A DNA stretch of 64,000 nt from an uncultured Gemmatimonadales bacterium (GCA_963739455.1 CAVUAK010000001.1:1760001-1824000), one strand, 5' to 3'; shown: positions 42,122 through 52,827, numbered from the stretch's first letter. Numbers and translations are program-made. Notes: a model not told the origin generated them from the sequence alone.

Positions 42122-42655
42122 TTCTGTTCGTTCGACAGCAAAGAGGTAGACGTCGCCAACCTCTTCATCCCATGTCGTGCCGATCCGCCGCATCCCGATG
42201 CGTTCAGCGATCCGGATCGATTTGTCGTTCCACGGGGGAATAGTGGCGGCTACCCGTACGACGCCCGGCTGCTGGAGTGCCCACTCCATCAGGCCCTGGG
42301 CCGCCTCGCTGGCGTATCCCTTCCCCTCGAACCCGGGATACGTCGCATAGCCCATGATGACCGTGCCTTCCTCGTTGGGCGGTCCACCGAGCCCAACAGA
42401 CCCGATCGCCTGGCCGGTATCTCGCCGCGTCACCACCCAGCTCCACCAGCCGATCTGTGAAGGATCCTTCCGGAGCCTGTCGCGCAGGTCGGGCAACATG
42501 TCTTCCATGAGCGGCGGCGGAGCGAGCGGCTGCGGGAAGGCGCTCGCCGTGATCGCGTTGAGGCGGAGTGCGTTGCCGGCCAGCAGCGCGTCAATCGCAT
42601 CCGGGGTGAAGACCGTCAGGGTCAGGCGTTCCGTGCGGATCGTCGGGAGCGTCAT
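42119..42655 (-). CDS. GNAT N-acetyltransferase (RimJ/RimL-like)
   Basis: IRTERLTL, EGKGYASEA, NDKSIRIAERIGM. Confidence 0.88.
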   Translation of the reverse strand: MTLPTIRTERLTLTVFTPDAIDALLAGNALRLNAITASAFPQPLAPPPLMEDMLPDLRDRLRKDPSQIGWWSWVVTRRDTGQAIGSVGLGGPPNEEGTVIMGYATYPGFEGKGYASEAAQGLMEWALQQPGVVRVAATIPPWNDKSIRIAERIGMRRIGTTWDEEVGDVYLFAVERTE

Positions 42656-42729
42656 CGCGGCATGCTTCTCGGGGGAAAGGCCATGGCGTACATTCGTCTC
42701 TGGACAAGTATACGCCTTGGAGGTTCGCC

Positions 42730-43848
42730 GTGACCACCTTCATCAAGACCACGTCATTGCCCACGCGCGGCGCGCTCACGCTGCCCCAGCGCGACTACGT
42801 GAGCTCGGCGGTATTCCGGGAGGAGCAGGAGCGCCTGTTCGCCAACCGCTGGCTCTGTATCGGGCGCGAGGAGCAGGTCGCGAATCCTGGGCAGTATGTG
42901 CTGGTCGACCTCGGGGCCGAGAGTCTCATCGTGGTGCGCGACCGGAAGGGTATTGTCCGGGCGCTCTACAATGTCTGCCGCCACCGGGGCACGCGCCTCT
43001 GTGAGGCAGCGAGTGGCACCATGTCCGAGACGATCCAGTGTCCCTATCACGCCTGGACCTACGGACTCGACGGTCGCCTCATCGGTGTACCCGACCAGCG
43101 CGAGCTCGAGGGATTCGACAAGGCCGACTATCCACTCATCCAGGCGAACGTGGCACAGTGGGAGGGGTTCCTCTTCATCAATCTCGCCGAGGAGCCGGAG
43201 CCATTCGTCGAGGCATTTGCTCCGCTCATCGGACGGGTGGACAAGTGGAACCTCGCGGCGCTCAAGGTGGGCCGGCGCTTCGAGTACGACGTGAAGGCCA
43301 ACTGGAAGTTGCTGTTCCAGAACTATTCCGAGTGCTATCACTGTTCACCGTTGCACCCGACGCTGGTAAAGCTTTCGCCGCCCACCAGCGGCGAGAACGA
43401 CTTGATCGAGGGCCCGATCCTCGGCGGGTTCATGACGATCACGGGTCAGGGCGGGAGCCTCACGCTGAGCGGGCAGTCGTGCGGGGCTCCAGTGGGCGAC
43501 CTCTCCGATGACGATCGCCAGCGCGTGTACTACTACTCGATCTTCCCCAGCATGCTGCTGAGCCTGCACCACGACTACGTCATGGTGCATACGTTCCGTC
43601 CGCTCGCACCCGACCGCACGCGCATTGCCTGCGAGTTCCTTTTTCATCCCACCACCCTGTCCGACCCGGCATTCAATCCGGACGATGGGGCGGCGTTCTG
43701 GGACGGAGTCAATCGCGAGGACTGGCACATATGCGAGATGGCGCAGGCGGGGGTACAGAGCCGGGCGTACCGGCCGGGGCCGTACAGCCGGCGGGAAAGC
43801 CTCAGCGCGGCCTTCGATCGATACTACCAGGATGCGATGGGCGAGTAG
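42730..43848 (+). CDS. Rieske non-heme iron oxygenase alpha subunit (choline monooxygenase/GbcA-like)
   Basis: CRHRG...CPYHAW Rieske motif; ECYHC...HP and ED iron ligands. Confidence 0.92.
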   Translation: MTTFIKTTSLPTRGALTLPQRDYVSSAVFREEQERLFANRWLCIGREEQVANPGQYVLVDLGAESLIVVRDRKGIVRALYNVCRHRGTRLCEAASGTMSETIQCPYHAWTYGLDGRLIGVPDQRELEGFDKADYPLIQANVAQWEGFLFINLAEEPEPFVEAFAPLIGRVDKWNLAALKVGRRFEYDVKANWKLLFQNYSECYHCSPLHPTLVKLSPPTSGENDLIEGPILGGFMTITGQGGSLTLSGQSCGAPVGDLSDDDRQRVYYYSIFPSMLLSLHHDYVMVHTFRPLAPDRTRIACEFLFHPTTLSDPAFNPDDGAAFWDGVNREDWHICEMAQAGVQSRAYRPGPYSRRESLSAAFDRYYQDAMGE

Positions 43849-43851
43849 CGC

Positions 43852-46470
43852 CTAGCGCAGCTCCATGCTGAGAGACCAGATATCGCTCTGGTGCTCCATG
43901 ACGGTGAAGTAGAAGTGCCCGTTGCGCGCCAGGAAATAGGCGCGCCGCACCCTCGGTCCATCGGCGGCGAACCGCACCAGTTGCCGCTCCGGCCCGCCCC
44001 GCGCCGGGATGCTCCAGAAGCCAGCCGTCGAGTCGTTGGCATTGGAGACGAAATAGAGCTCCCGCCCGTCCTCCGACCAGCGTACATGTTGCGCTGCGGT
44101 GGCGGTCACCAGCCTCGGCGCGCCAGTGCCGCTCGACGGCACGCTCCAGATCCCCCGTGCATTGATGTACGCGATGGTATTGCCATCGGGCGACCAGGCG
44201 GGCCAGCGCCCGCCGTTGCGCGTCTCCCGGCGGATGTGTCCCCAGTGCCCAAGTGAATCGCGCTGGATGACGTAGATCTCCCGCCGGTCATCCTCCCGGG
44301 TCGACTCGAAGACGATCTCGCGGCCATCAGGCGACCAGCGCGGACTCCGGTCCTGGCCCGGATCATTGGTGAGCTGCTGCGTGGCGCCGCCGCCCGACGG
44401 GACGATGAATACGTCGCGCGTGCCCTGCCGGATACTGTGGAACGAGAGCCACTTGCCATCGGGTGACCAGGCCGGGAGGAAATCATCCCGGCTGTCGGAT
44501 GTAAGGCGTACCAGTTCACCCGTTTCCAGCGACAGGCGATAAATGTCCTGGTTGCCCTCGCGATCGGAGTCCAGCGCCAGCCACTTGCCGTCAGGCGAAA
44601 GATCAAATCCCTCGATCACCTGGGTCCCCGAGGTGACCGGGGTCAGCGATGAAAGCACGGTGAGCGCGCGGGGAATCGGCGTGGTGTACACGTTGGAGCG
44701 CAACTCGAGCCGGCTGTACACCAGCATTGTCCCGGCGCGATCGATACTGATGGTCTGCGCCCCGAGCCCGGTGGTGACACGTTCCGCCGGCGCCGCGGCC
44801 CCGCCCGCGCGCGTCAGCGGCAGGCGGTAGATGTCGCGCCCTCCGGCCCGGTTCGACACGAACAGGAGTCCCCGCCCATCCGGCAACCACTGCGGGCTGA
44901 GGTTCATGGCGCCGTCATCGACCAGCGTCGTCTCGGCGCTGTCCGCGAGTGACACGACCGCCAATCGCGTGGGTGCGAAGTTGGCGAAGTTGCCGACGCT
45001 GCCATACACGAAGTCGGCGTTCTCCACGATGAACGCGATGAAGCGTCCATCGGGTGACCACGCCGGTGCTGATGCCCCGCGGATGTCCCACCGCCCCTCA
45101 TGCAACAACAGTCGCCCGCCCTTCACGACATCGGCCACATAGAGCTTGCCGCCGCTCGAGTAGGCGAGCTGCGCACCATCGGGCGACCAGTCGAGCCCGA
45201 AGAGCGGCCCGATCGAGTCACTTCCCGGCACGAGCTGCGCGCTGCCGCCGAGCGTCGGGACCACGAAGATGCCGGCCGGTGTCTGCAGGGCGATCCGGCT
45301 CCCGTCGGGTGACCACTTCGGGGATCGCTGCGGCCGCGGAAGCGCTGGTGCGGGACGCACCGGTCGGTCGCCGTCGCGCTGCTTCACCAGGAGCTCACCC
45401 GCCTCGGGACCACCGGCGATGTACGCGAGCATCTGCCCGTCGGGCGAGAGGGCAGGGTCGAGCTCGAGGCCGGCGTCGAAGGTGAGCTGCCTGGTCTGGC
45501 CCGCCACCACCGTGCCTGATGCTGAGCGGTCATGCAGCAGCACGGCGAGGGCCGCGAGGGCCAGGGCCATCGCGGCCGGCACGATCCACCGGCGCTGTGG
45601 GACGGCCTTCACCAAGGGTACCTGACCGTCTCCCAGCCCCGATTCGATAGCCGGGATCAGCTCGGCGGCTGTCTGCCAGCGCTCACCGGGGTCCTTGGCG
45701 AGTGCACGCTCGATCCCCTTTGCCAGTGCGATCGGTGTATCGGGCCGCTCATCCTGCACTGGTGCCGGGACCTCCGTCATTTGCCGCACGAAGATTCGCT
45801 GTGCGGTCGTGTCGGAGAACGGCGGGTGGCCCGCCAGCATCTCGTACAGCACGGTGCCGATGGCGTAGATGTCGGCGCGATGGTCGACGTCGGGAGCGGC
45901 CGCGGCCTGTTCCGGCGCCATGTAGGCCGGCGTGCCGAGTGTGAGCCCGGCGCTTGTGATGCCGCTGTGATCAGTGGCTTCACTCAGCGCCTTGGCAATG
46001 CCGAAATCCATCACGTAGGCATGCCCGGCGCCGAGCATGACGTTTTCCGGCTTGATGTCGCGATGCACCACGCCCTCGCGATGCGCGTAGCCAAGTGCGT
46101 CGGTGATCTCGCGCCCGATGCGTGCCGCATCGGCAATGGTGAGCCGGCCCATCCGGGTCAGGCGGGCGCGGAGGGTCTCGCCGGTGACGAACGGCATCAC
46201 ATAGAAGAGGAGGCCGTCCACCTCGCCGGAATCGAAGAGCGGCAGGATGTGCGGATGCTGCAGCCGGGCCGCGATCTCGATTTCCCGCAGGAACCGGTCG
46301 GCACCGAGAATGGAGGCGAGGTCGGGGCGCAGCACCTTGATCGCAACCCGGCGCCCGTGCCGAAGGTCGCGCGCGGCGTAGACCCGCGACATGCCGCCCC
46401 GGCCCACCTCCCACTCGACCGCGTAACGGCCGGCGAGGGCGGAGCGGAGGCGGTCAAGCGGGTCGTCCAT
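43852..46470 (-). CDS. Hanks-type Ser/Thr kinase with TM and TolB-like (PD40) beta-propellers
   Basis: GRGGMS, VAIK, HRDIKPEN, DFG, YMAPE; repeated WSPDG. Confidence 0.93.
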   Translation of the reverse strand: MDDPLDRLRSALAGRYAVEWEVGRGGMSRVYAARDLRHGRRVAIKVLRPDLASILGADRFLREIEIAARLQHPHILPLFDSGEVDGLLFYVMPFVTGETLRARLTRMGRLTIADAARIGREITDALGYAHREGVVHRDIKPENVMLGAGHAYVMDFGIAKALSEATDHSGITSAGLTLGTPAYMAPEQAAAAPDVDHRADIYAIGTVLYEMLAGHPPFSDTTAQRIFVRQMTEVPAPVQDERPDTPIALAKGIERALAKDPGERWQTAAELIPAIESGLGDGQVPLVKAVPQRRWIVPAAMALALAALAVLLHDRSASGTVVAGQTRQLTFDAGLELDPALSPDGQMLAYIAGGPEAGELLVKQRDGDRPVRPAPALPRPQRSPKWSPDGSRIALQTPAGIFVVPTLGGSAQLVPGSDSIGPLFGLDWSPDGAQLAYSSGGKLYVADVVKGGRLLLHEGRWDIRGASAPAWSPDGRFIAFIVENADFVYGSVGNFANFAPTRLAVVSLADSAETTLVDDGAMNLSPQWLPDGRGLLFVSNRAGGRDIYRLPLTRAGGAAAPAERVTTGLGAQTISIDRAGTMLVYSRLELRSNVYTTPIPRALTVLSSLTPVTSGTQVIEGFDLSPDGKWLALDSDREGNQDIYRLSLETGELVRLTSDSRDDFLPAWSPDGKWLSFHSIRQGTRDVFIVPSGGGATQQLTNDPGQDRSPRWSPDGREIVFESTREDDRREIYVIQRDSLGHWGHIRRETRNGGRWPAWSPDGNTIAYINARGIWSVPSSGTGAPRLVTATAAQHVRWSEDGRELYFVSNANDSTAGFWSIPARGGPERQLVRFAADGPRVRRAYFLARNGHFYFTVMEHQSDIWSLSMELR

Positions 46471-46532
46471 GGTGGGCCGTTGCGGGGGATGCTGGAGCAT
46501 ATCCCCCTTACGGATTCACGGCCACGACGGCG

Positions 46533-47549
46533 TCAGGTGCGCTGGGGGCGGGCCTTGAAGACGCGGAACAGGTAGACGAGCGAGGGCACGAGCAGGACGA
46601 AGCCGACCGCCAGCGCGCCGAGCACGAGGTCCAGCGTGACGTCGGGCGCGGCCGCCTCGGCGATGGTGAGATCGGGCGGGAGCAGGTAGGGATACTGGCA
46701 CAGCGCCCATCCACCCAGGATCAGCACCGCCTGGATGGGCGCGGCGATGCGGGCGAGGCGGAAGCGCCGCTGCCACAGCGCGGTGAAGGTGAGCAGCGCG
46801 AGGCCACCCACCACCACCTGGTAGCCGGGTGCCCAGGGACTTGCCGTCAGCCCCTGCCATACCAGCGGCACGTGACGCCGGGCGACGAACAGTGCGGCCA
46901 TTGCCGCCACGAACACGCCGAGACCGGCGCCAAATGCGCGCAGCCGGAAGTCGTCCTGCAGTGCCGGGTCGTCGGTCTCCATGGTCAGGTACACCGCCGC
47001 CAGGTAGGCACAGAGCGACAGGGCGAGCGCCCCGATGGCCAGGGGGAATGGCTGCAGCCACGGGTGCACAAACGCCTCGATGAAGCTGCCGGACGGGCGA
47101 TCCGGGATGTTGCCTGCGGCGACGGTGCCCGCCGCCACGCCGAGCAACACCGGGGTGACCAGGCTGGCCCACGAGAAGAGTACGCCCCACCGGCGCTGCA
47201 CGTCGTCCCGCTGGCTGTCATACGTCCGGAAGGTGAACGCCGACCCGCGCAGCACGATGCCGACCAGCATGAGGGTGAGCGGGATGTGCAGTGTCACGGA
47301 GAGTCGCGCGTAAGCCGACGGGAAGCAGACGAAGAGCAGGACGACCGCGAGGATCAGCCACACATGGTTGGCTTCCCAGATCGGCCCGATGGCGTCGGCG
47401 ATGAGCGCGCGCTGTCGCTTCCGGCGTGGCCCGGTGGCGAACAGGTCCCATACGCCGCCACCGAAGTCGGCGCCCGCCATGACGAGGTATGCAGCGAGCG
47501 ACACCACGACGCCAGCGGCGATGAGCAGGGCGGGCGTGATCTCAGGCAT
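46533..47549 (-). CDS. cydB: Cytochrome bd ubiquinol oxidase subunit II
   Basis: GADFGGGVWD, IGPIWEANHVWLI. Confidence 0.93.
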   Translation of the reverse strand: MPEITPALLIAAGVVVSLAAYLVMAGADFGGGVWDLFATGPRRKRQRALIADAIGPIWEANHVWLILAVVLLFVCFPSAYARLSVTLHIPLTLMLVGIVLRGSAFTFRTYDSQRDDVQRRWGVLFSWASLVTPVLLGVAAGTVAAGNIPDRPSGSFIEAFVHPWLQPFPLAIGALALSLCAYLAAVYLTMETDDPALQDDFRLRAFGAGLGVFVAAMAALFVARRHVPLVWQGLTASPWAPGYQVVVGGLALLTFTALWQRRFRLARIAAPIQAVLILGGWALCQYPYLLPPDLTIAEAAAPDVTLDLVLGALAVGFVLLVPSLVYLFRVFKARPQRT

Positions 47550-48882
47550 CGCGCAGCACCGGCGTGTAGATCCGCTGCCAGTCCTCGGCGGTCGGGCTCT
47601 TCGCGATCTGCCGGTACATGAGCCAGACCACCGCCACCGCGAGTGCGCAGTAGAGGAGCGTGAAGAAGGTGAACGGCACGATGAGGCCCGGCATCGGCGT
47701 CACGGCATCGGCGGTCCGCATGACGCCGTGAATGATCCACGGCTGCCGGCCCAGCTCGGTCACCATCCAGCCTGCCTCGACCGCGAGGAATCCCATCGGG
47801 GTGGCGAGGCTCAGTGCGCGGAGGAACGCGCGGTCCTCCGCCAGCTCCCGGCCGCGCCAGGCGAGCCATGTGGCCCACACGGTGATCGCCATCATGAAGG
47901 TGCCCAGTGCGATCATCACCTCGAACGAGAGATGGACCAGCGTGACATTGGGCCACTCATCGCGCGGCACACGATCAAGCCCGGTGACCTCCGCCAGGGG
48001 GTCGCCGTGCGCCAGGACCGAGAGCAGGTAGGGGATCCGGATGGCGTAGCGAGTCTGGCCCGCTTGCTCGTCGGGGATGCCGCCGATGATCAGCGGTGCG
48101 CCCGACTCGGTGTGAAAGTGCGCTTCCATCGCGGCGAGCTTGGCCGGCTGGTGGCGGGCCACCATCTTGGCGCTCCGATCACCTGAGATCGGCTGCAGCA
48201 GTGCCGCCGGTCCACCCACCAGCAGCGCCACGGTGAGGGCGCGCCGGTGAAAGGCGTTCGTGGGCTTCCTGAGGAGGAGGAAGGCGTGTATGCCGGCCAC
48301 GCCGAAGCCGGTCGCCGCGTAGGCGGCAAGCGTCATGTGGATGGTATGTGTCAGGGCCGCCGGGTTGAAGATCGCGGCAATTGGATCGATGCCCGCAGGC
48401 TTGCCATCCACCATGGTGAATCCGGTGGGCGTGTTCATCCAGGCGTTCGCGATGACGACGAAGATCCCGCTGAGTGCCCCACTCAGTGCAACCACGATCC
48501 CCGCCCACAGGTGCGCGCGTGCCGACAGTCTCTCCCAGCCATACAGGTAAATGCCGAGGAAGATCGCCTCCACGAAGAAGGCGAATCCCTCGAGCGAGAA
48601 CGGCATGCCGAAGATCGGGCCGGCGAACTCCATGAAGGTGGGCCAGAGCAATCCCAGCTCGAAGGAGAGCACCGTGCCTGACACTGCCCCCACGGCGAAC
48701 ATGATGGCGGTGCCCTTGGACCATCGCTTGGCCAGTTCGAGGTAGACCGCGTCGCCGGTCACGAGCCAGCGACGCTCCGCCATCACCATCAGCAGCGGCA
48801 TGCCAATGCCTACGACGGCAAAGATGATGTGGAAGGCCAGCGACATGCCCATCTGGGAACGCGCCGCGAGAAGATCGTTCAT
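47542..48882 (-). CDS. cydA: Cytochrome bd ubiquinol oxidase subunit I (short Q-loop)
   Basis: FHIIF, GAVSG...FELG, QPAKLAAME, GWMVTELGRQPW. Confidence 0.95.
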   Translation of the reverse strand: MNDLLAARSQMGMSLAFHIIFAVVGIGMPLLMVMAERRWLVTGDAVYLELAKRWSKGTAIMFAVGAVSGTVLSFELGLLWPTFMEFAGPIFGMPFSLEGFAFFVEAIFLGIYLYGWERLSARAHLWAGIVVALSGALSGIFVVIANAWMNTPTGFTMVDGKPAGIDPIAAIFNPAALTHTIHMTLAAYAATGFGVAGIHAFLLLRKPTNAFHRRALTVALLVGGPAALLQPISGDRSAKMVARHQPAKLAAMEAHFHTESGAPLIIGGIPDEQAGQTRYAIRIPYLLSVLAHGDPLAEVTGLDRVPRDEWPNVTLVHLSFEVMIALGTFMMAITVWATWLAWRGRELAEDRAFLRALSLATPMGFLAVEAGWMVTELGRQPWIIHGVMRTADAVTPMPGLIVPFTFFTLLYCALAVAVVWLMYRQIAKSPTAEDWQRIYTPVLRDA

Positions 48883-48896
48883 GCGGGGGATACTAC

Positions 48897-51686
48897 CTAG
48901 AAGAACACCTCGATGCCGAAGCGCATTGCTCGCGGCGGGCCATAGTAGAACACGGGCTGGAAGTAGTCGTGCGCAGCGGCACGATACAACGGGAGAAGCT
49001 CTTCGGGGCCCGAGATCAGGCCATCGTGGTTGAGGTCGGCCGATGCTCGATAGCGCGGTGATTCGTAGGGTATCGGCTGCGGATTGGCGGTATAGGCCGA
49101 CTCGATCGCGCTATCGATGGTCGCCGGCGACGCGTATGGTGTGCCGGTCTCCGGTCGCACCGAGACCAGGTTCTGGCGGCCCAAAAGGTTGCGGACGTCG
49201 AAATACACGCTGCCTTCCACCTTCCCGAATTGCAGCGGCCGGCGGATGAGCATGTCGATCGTGTTGGTCCAGGGGAGCCGGGCGCTATTTGGCGGGAAGG
49301 GGATCGGCCGGAGCGGATCAACGGGAGTATAGGGAAGGCCGCTCAGGAGTCGCACGATCAGCGAGCCCTGCCACTTCGCGAACGGCTTGCTGCCCAGCAC
49401 CGTCGGCCCGGCGTTGGGCGACACGACACCCTGCAGGATCGCCGTGAACGCGTGCCGCCGGTCGAAGTCGAAGGGGAACTCGATCTGCCCCGGTGTGATG
49501 GTGTCGCCGGTGGCGGGGTCGATGGTGTATGCCGTGCGCACCAGGAAGGCGTTCGATGAGTTCGCCTCGGCGAACTGGAGCGTGTAGAGCAGGCGCAGCC
49601 CCCAGCCTCCCACGACGGCCCGTTCGAGGATGGCCTCGAACCCGCGCACTGTGCCGTAGTCGGCGTTCGCGAAGAGGCTCGAGTCCGGGTTGAAGCCCTG
49701 CGGCACCGAGGCAACGAGGCCGTACATCTGCCGGATGTAGACCCCGGTCTTCAGCAGGAGGGTCGCCGTCGGTCGCATCCGCACATTGAACTCGAATTGC
49801 CAGGCCCGTTCAAACCCGAGGTTGGGGTTGCCGATGCGGAAGCGCCCTGTGCGGTTCACGTCGTCGAATGCGGCGTTCACGAGGTACTGGTAGTCCGGGG
49901 GCTGGCTGAAGTAGCCGAAACTGCTGACGATCGTGAAGCTCTTGAGTACGGTGGAGGCGGCAATCCTTGGATTCAGCGATCGCTGCACCGTGGCTGGCAC
50001 TCCCTCGAAGTCCGACTTGGAGTCGAACTGGTCGTAGCGCAGTCCCGCCGTGAAGCCGAGTTCGTTGATCCGGTACTGTCCTTCCACATAGAGCGCGGCG
50101 GCGGTGGGCGAGAAATCGGAGGCAGTGGCGGGCGGGACACTGTCACCCACCGGGAGATAGCCGAGCACCCGCTGGAAGGTCTGCACCCGCTGCTGGATGA
50201 ACTCTCCGCCGACGAAGAGGTCGCCCTTCGTCCCGAACCCGAGCGTCAGGTCCAGCTGACCGCGTAGCTCGCGGAAGCTGTTCCAGTCGACCGTCCCCAG
50301 TGATCCCTGCGTCTGGAAGAAGGCGGGCACACCCCAGGGCGACCGACTGGAATAGTCGGGCAAGTAGAGGCCCGGGATGGGCTGCTGCGCCGCGATGGTG
50401 TCGCGCGCGCTCGCGATGTCCTCACCGACAACGTTGAACGGCGAGGTGGTGAACGCGCCGAAGAGGAATTTCACCGAGTCGGCCAGCATGCCACGCGCGA
50501 AGCTGCGGTTGAAGTACCCCAGCCTGGCGTCGATGACGAGGGGCAGCTTGGCCGTGGGCGACGAAGTGTGCTGGAAGCTCGCGCTCGCGAGCACGCCGTC
50601 GAAGTTGAGGCCGGGCGCATAGCCGAGGTCGTACTTGTAGAGCTGGTCATACAGCAGTTGCTGCTGGGAGCTGTACAGCCCGAAGAGCCGCAGGGTGTTT
50701 CCCTTGCCGGCTGGGATGATCAGCTTGCCCGCGTAGGAGAGTTGTTGCCCGCTGTTGTGTGGCAACGGTGCAGGGATGCTGTATCGGGGATCTTCGGGAT
50801 TGGTTGGCGCGGGCGCGCTGGTCGGGTCGAAGTCGACGCGCGCATTCAGGTCGATATCGATGACCGCCTTGATACCGGCGACAACAGGGCCGCTGCCCGA
50901 CAGGATGAAGTGGTCCAGGCCCAGGTCGGCGGGTCCAGTGAAGATCCGGTCGCTTTCGTACGCGATCCGGCCGGTCCACTTCGGTCCGCCATCGGTCGTG
51001 ACGACGTTGACCATCCCCGAGATCGCCTGGCCATACTTGGCACTGAAGCCGTTGGTCACCAGTGTGGCCTCAGTCAGCATGTCCAGCGGAATGCGGAGCC
51101 CGATCTGGTTGGTCGACGCATCGAGCTGGTTCTTCACCCCAAGTCCGTCGAGGATGAACGATTGCTCGCCGGGCCGACCACCGCGGTAGCTGGTGCCCAC
51201 AGCACCAGCGCTGAGCATCAGGGCCTCGTCGAGAGAACTGACCGGCAGGTTGTAGAGTTCTTCCGCCGTGTAGCGCTGCTCGGTGCGCGTGGAGAGCGCA
51301 TCCAGGGGGTCGGTGGGACCCGCTTCGACTGCGAGCTCATCGAGTTCGATCGTACTGGAGACGAGGACGATGGAAAGCGTGGTCGTCTCCCCGGACCGCA
51401 CGATCACGTTCCTGATGGCGGTGGGCTGGTAGCCGATGCGACGGGCCCGTACTGTGTAGGTGCCGCTTCGAACCTGGCGGACGCGAAACGTGCCAGAGGA
51501 ATCGGTGACCGCGCCGCGGCCTGTTTCCTCCACGATGATCGTCACGCCAGCGAGATACTGCCCACCCGTCGAGTCGCGTACCCGTCCGCCGATGGCACCG
51601 TCCTGCGCGCTCGCTGCTGCCGGCGCCGCTACCGCGAGCGCCAGCCAGCAGCGCAGGGCTCGCGCGAGTCGCGGCGAGCGGCTCAC
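48897..51686 (-). CDS. TonB-dependent receptor with carboxypeptidase-regulatory-like N-terminus
   Basis: Signal from GTG 51686; RGGR plug, GFSAKYGQAISGMVNVVT, RNLL, terminal FF. Confidence 0.85.
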   Translation of the reverse strand: MSRSPRLARALRCWLALAVAAPAAASAQDGAIGGRVRDSTGGQYLAGVTIIVEETGRGAVTDSSGTFRVRQVRSGTYTVRARRIGYQPTAIRNVIVRSGETTTLSIVLVSSTIELDELAVEAGPTDPLDALSTRTEQRYTAEELYNLPVSSLDEALMLSAGAVGTSYRGGRPGEQSFILDGLGVKNQLDASTNQIGLRIPLDMLTEATLVTNGFSAKYGQAISGMVNVVTTDGGPKWTGRIAYESDRIFTGPADLGLDHFILSGSGPVVAGIKAVIDIDLNARVDFDPTSAPAPTNPEDPRYSIPAPLPHNSGQQLSYAGKLIIPAGKGNTLRLFGLYSSQQQLLYDQLYKYDLGYAPGLNFDGVLASASFQHTSSPTAKLPLVIDARLGYFNRSFARGMLADSVKFLFGAFTTSPFNVVGEDIASARDTIAAQQPIPGLYLPDYSSRSPWGVPAFFQTQGSLGTVDWNSFRELRGQLDLTLGFGTKGDLFVGGEFIQQRVQTFQRVLGYLPVGDSVPPATASDFSPTAAALYVEGQYRINELGFTAGLRYDQFDSKSDFEGVPATVQRSLNPRIAASTVLKSFTIVSSFGYFSQPPDYQYLVNAAFDDVNRTGRFRIGNPNLGFERAWQFEFNVRMRPTATLLLKTGVYIRQMYGLVASVPQGFNPDSSLFANADYGTVRGFEAILERAVVGGWGLRLLYTLQFAEANSSNAFLVRTAYTIDPATGDTITPGQIEFPFDFDRRHAFTAILQGVVSPNAGPTVLGSKPFAKWQGSLIVRLLSGLPYTPVDPLRPIPFPPNSARLPWTNTIDMLIRRPLQFGKVEGSVYFDVRNLLGRQNLVSVRPETGTPYASPATIDSAIESAYTANPQPIPYESPRYRASADLNHDGLISGPEELLPLYRAAAHDYFQPVFYYGPPRAMRFGIEVFF

Positions 51687-52778
51687 TGCAGGTCGATCCG
51701 GTACAGGTCCTGGCCGGCCTCCGCGATCAGCGACCCGCGCGTTGGCCGAAAGCGCGGGACGCTGGTACGCTCCCGGGATGTACTGTACCTGACCGCTCGC
51801 CAGGTTTACCAGCGCAATGCTGCCCCCGAAGTCAACCTGGAGCGGCACTCCTTCACCACTCGTCCAGCGCGTCGCGCTCCCGCCCACGATGGCCACGAGC
51901 TGGTCCCCGACGAGCATCGGATCGCGTGCCACTCCCTGGCCGCCGAAGTCGAAGAGGGTCACCGTGCTCCCATTCGCCTGGCGCTCGAAGATCCGGCTGT
52001 CGAAGGGCAACGTGTACAGCACGGTTCCGGCAGTTCTTCCCGCGGCTGCAGAGGTGGCGTAGTCCGTTCCCGCCAGCACCACCGGGTCGGCTGTGTCCTG
52101 GAGGTTGAGCCGCGCGACCTCGCGACCCACCCGAAGCAGGGTGGGGCGGTCGCAGAACGGATGCTTCGCCCGGACAGGCGGAAACGTCGACCATCGCGAG
52201 GTACGCGAGGTCGTTGCCGCCGATCAGCGACAGGTAGCTCGCGGAAATCTCCAGGACGCCGGCGACAGCAGGATGGGGAACTCGACCCGCGGAACCAGCT
52301 GGTCGGCGGTACGCCATGGCGCGGTGCCAAGCAGCGTGATCGCATCGGCCCCAGCGCCCTTGCGACGCGCCGACTGCACCAGGACGATGATCGAGTCATT
52401 GAGCGGCACCGGGTTCTCGTAGCGCTGGACCGAGTCGAGCGCGGCGGCTGTCCTCGGGCAGCTCTCACTGATCGCCGTGCCTCCCGGCACCGGGAGCGCG
52501 CCGATGCACTGGTTGGATTCGGTGATCCCGCTCCGGTCATAGCTGTAAAGCACGATGGTGTCCCCCGGGAGGAAAGCGGGGGTGAGGTCAGGACCGGGGT
52601 TGTAGGTGAGCTGGACCGGGAGCGCCGGAGAGAACGGACCGTGGTTGGTTTCTCCCGGGTCCTGGAAAGGATCCGAGTGCGCGCAGGCGGTGGATGCCAC
52701 GAGGAGCAGTGGCAGGAGCAGTGAACGGATGCGCCTGCGGAGGGGCACGGGTGCTCCGCGAGAATCGGTGGGTCGCAT
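51683..52778 (-). CDS. Hypothetical lipoprotein, possible beta-propeller (multiple frameshifts)
   Basis: LLLVASTAC lipobox, QLTYNPGPDLTPAF; GTGA overlap with the receptor. Confidence 0.6.
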
Positions 52779-52827
52779 GTGATGAGCGGGCGCGCGTACC
52801 CGCGGCTGACCGGCACGCAAACGAAAG

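Noticed and set aside
43852..46470. Kinase-propeller protein as a defence system
   Set aside because: A common receptor-kinase architecture with no defence-type neighbours
48897..52130. 1077-aa receptor with unusual N-terminal extension
   Set aside because: A signal peptide begins at GTG 51686; the extension belongs to the frameshifted upstream lipoprotein
50568..52724. Long antisense ORFs (e.g. 718 aa here, 523 aa at 4243-5814, 460 aa at 40082-41464)
   Set aside because: Shadow ORFs opposite well-supported genes, expected in high-GC DNA; no motifs
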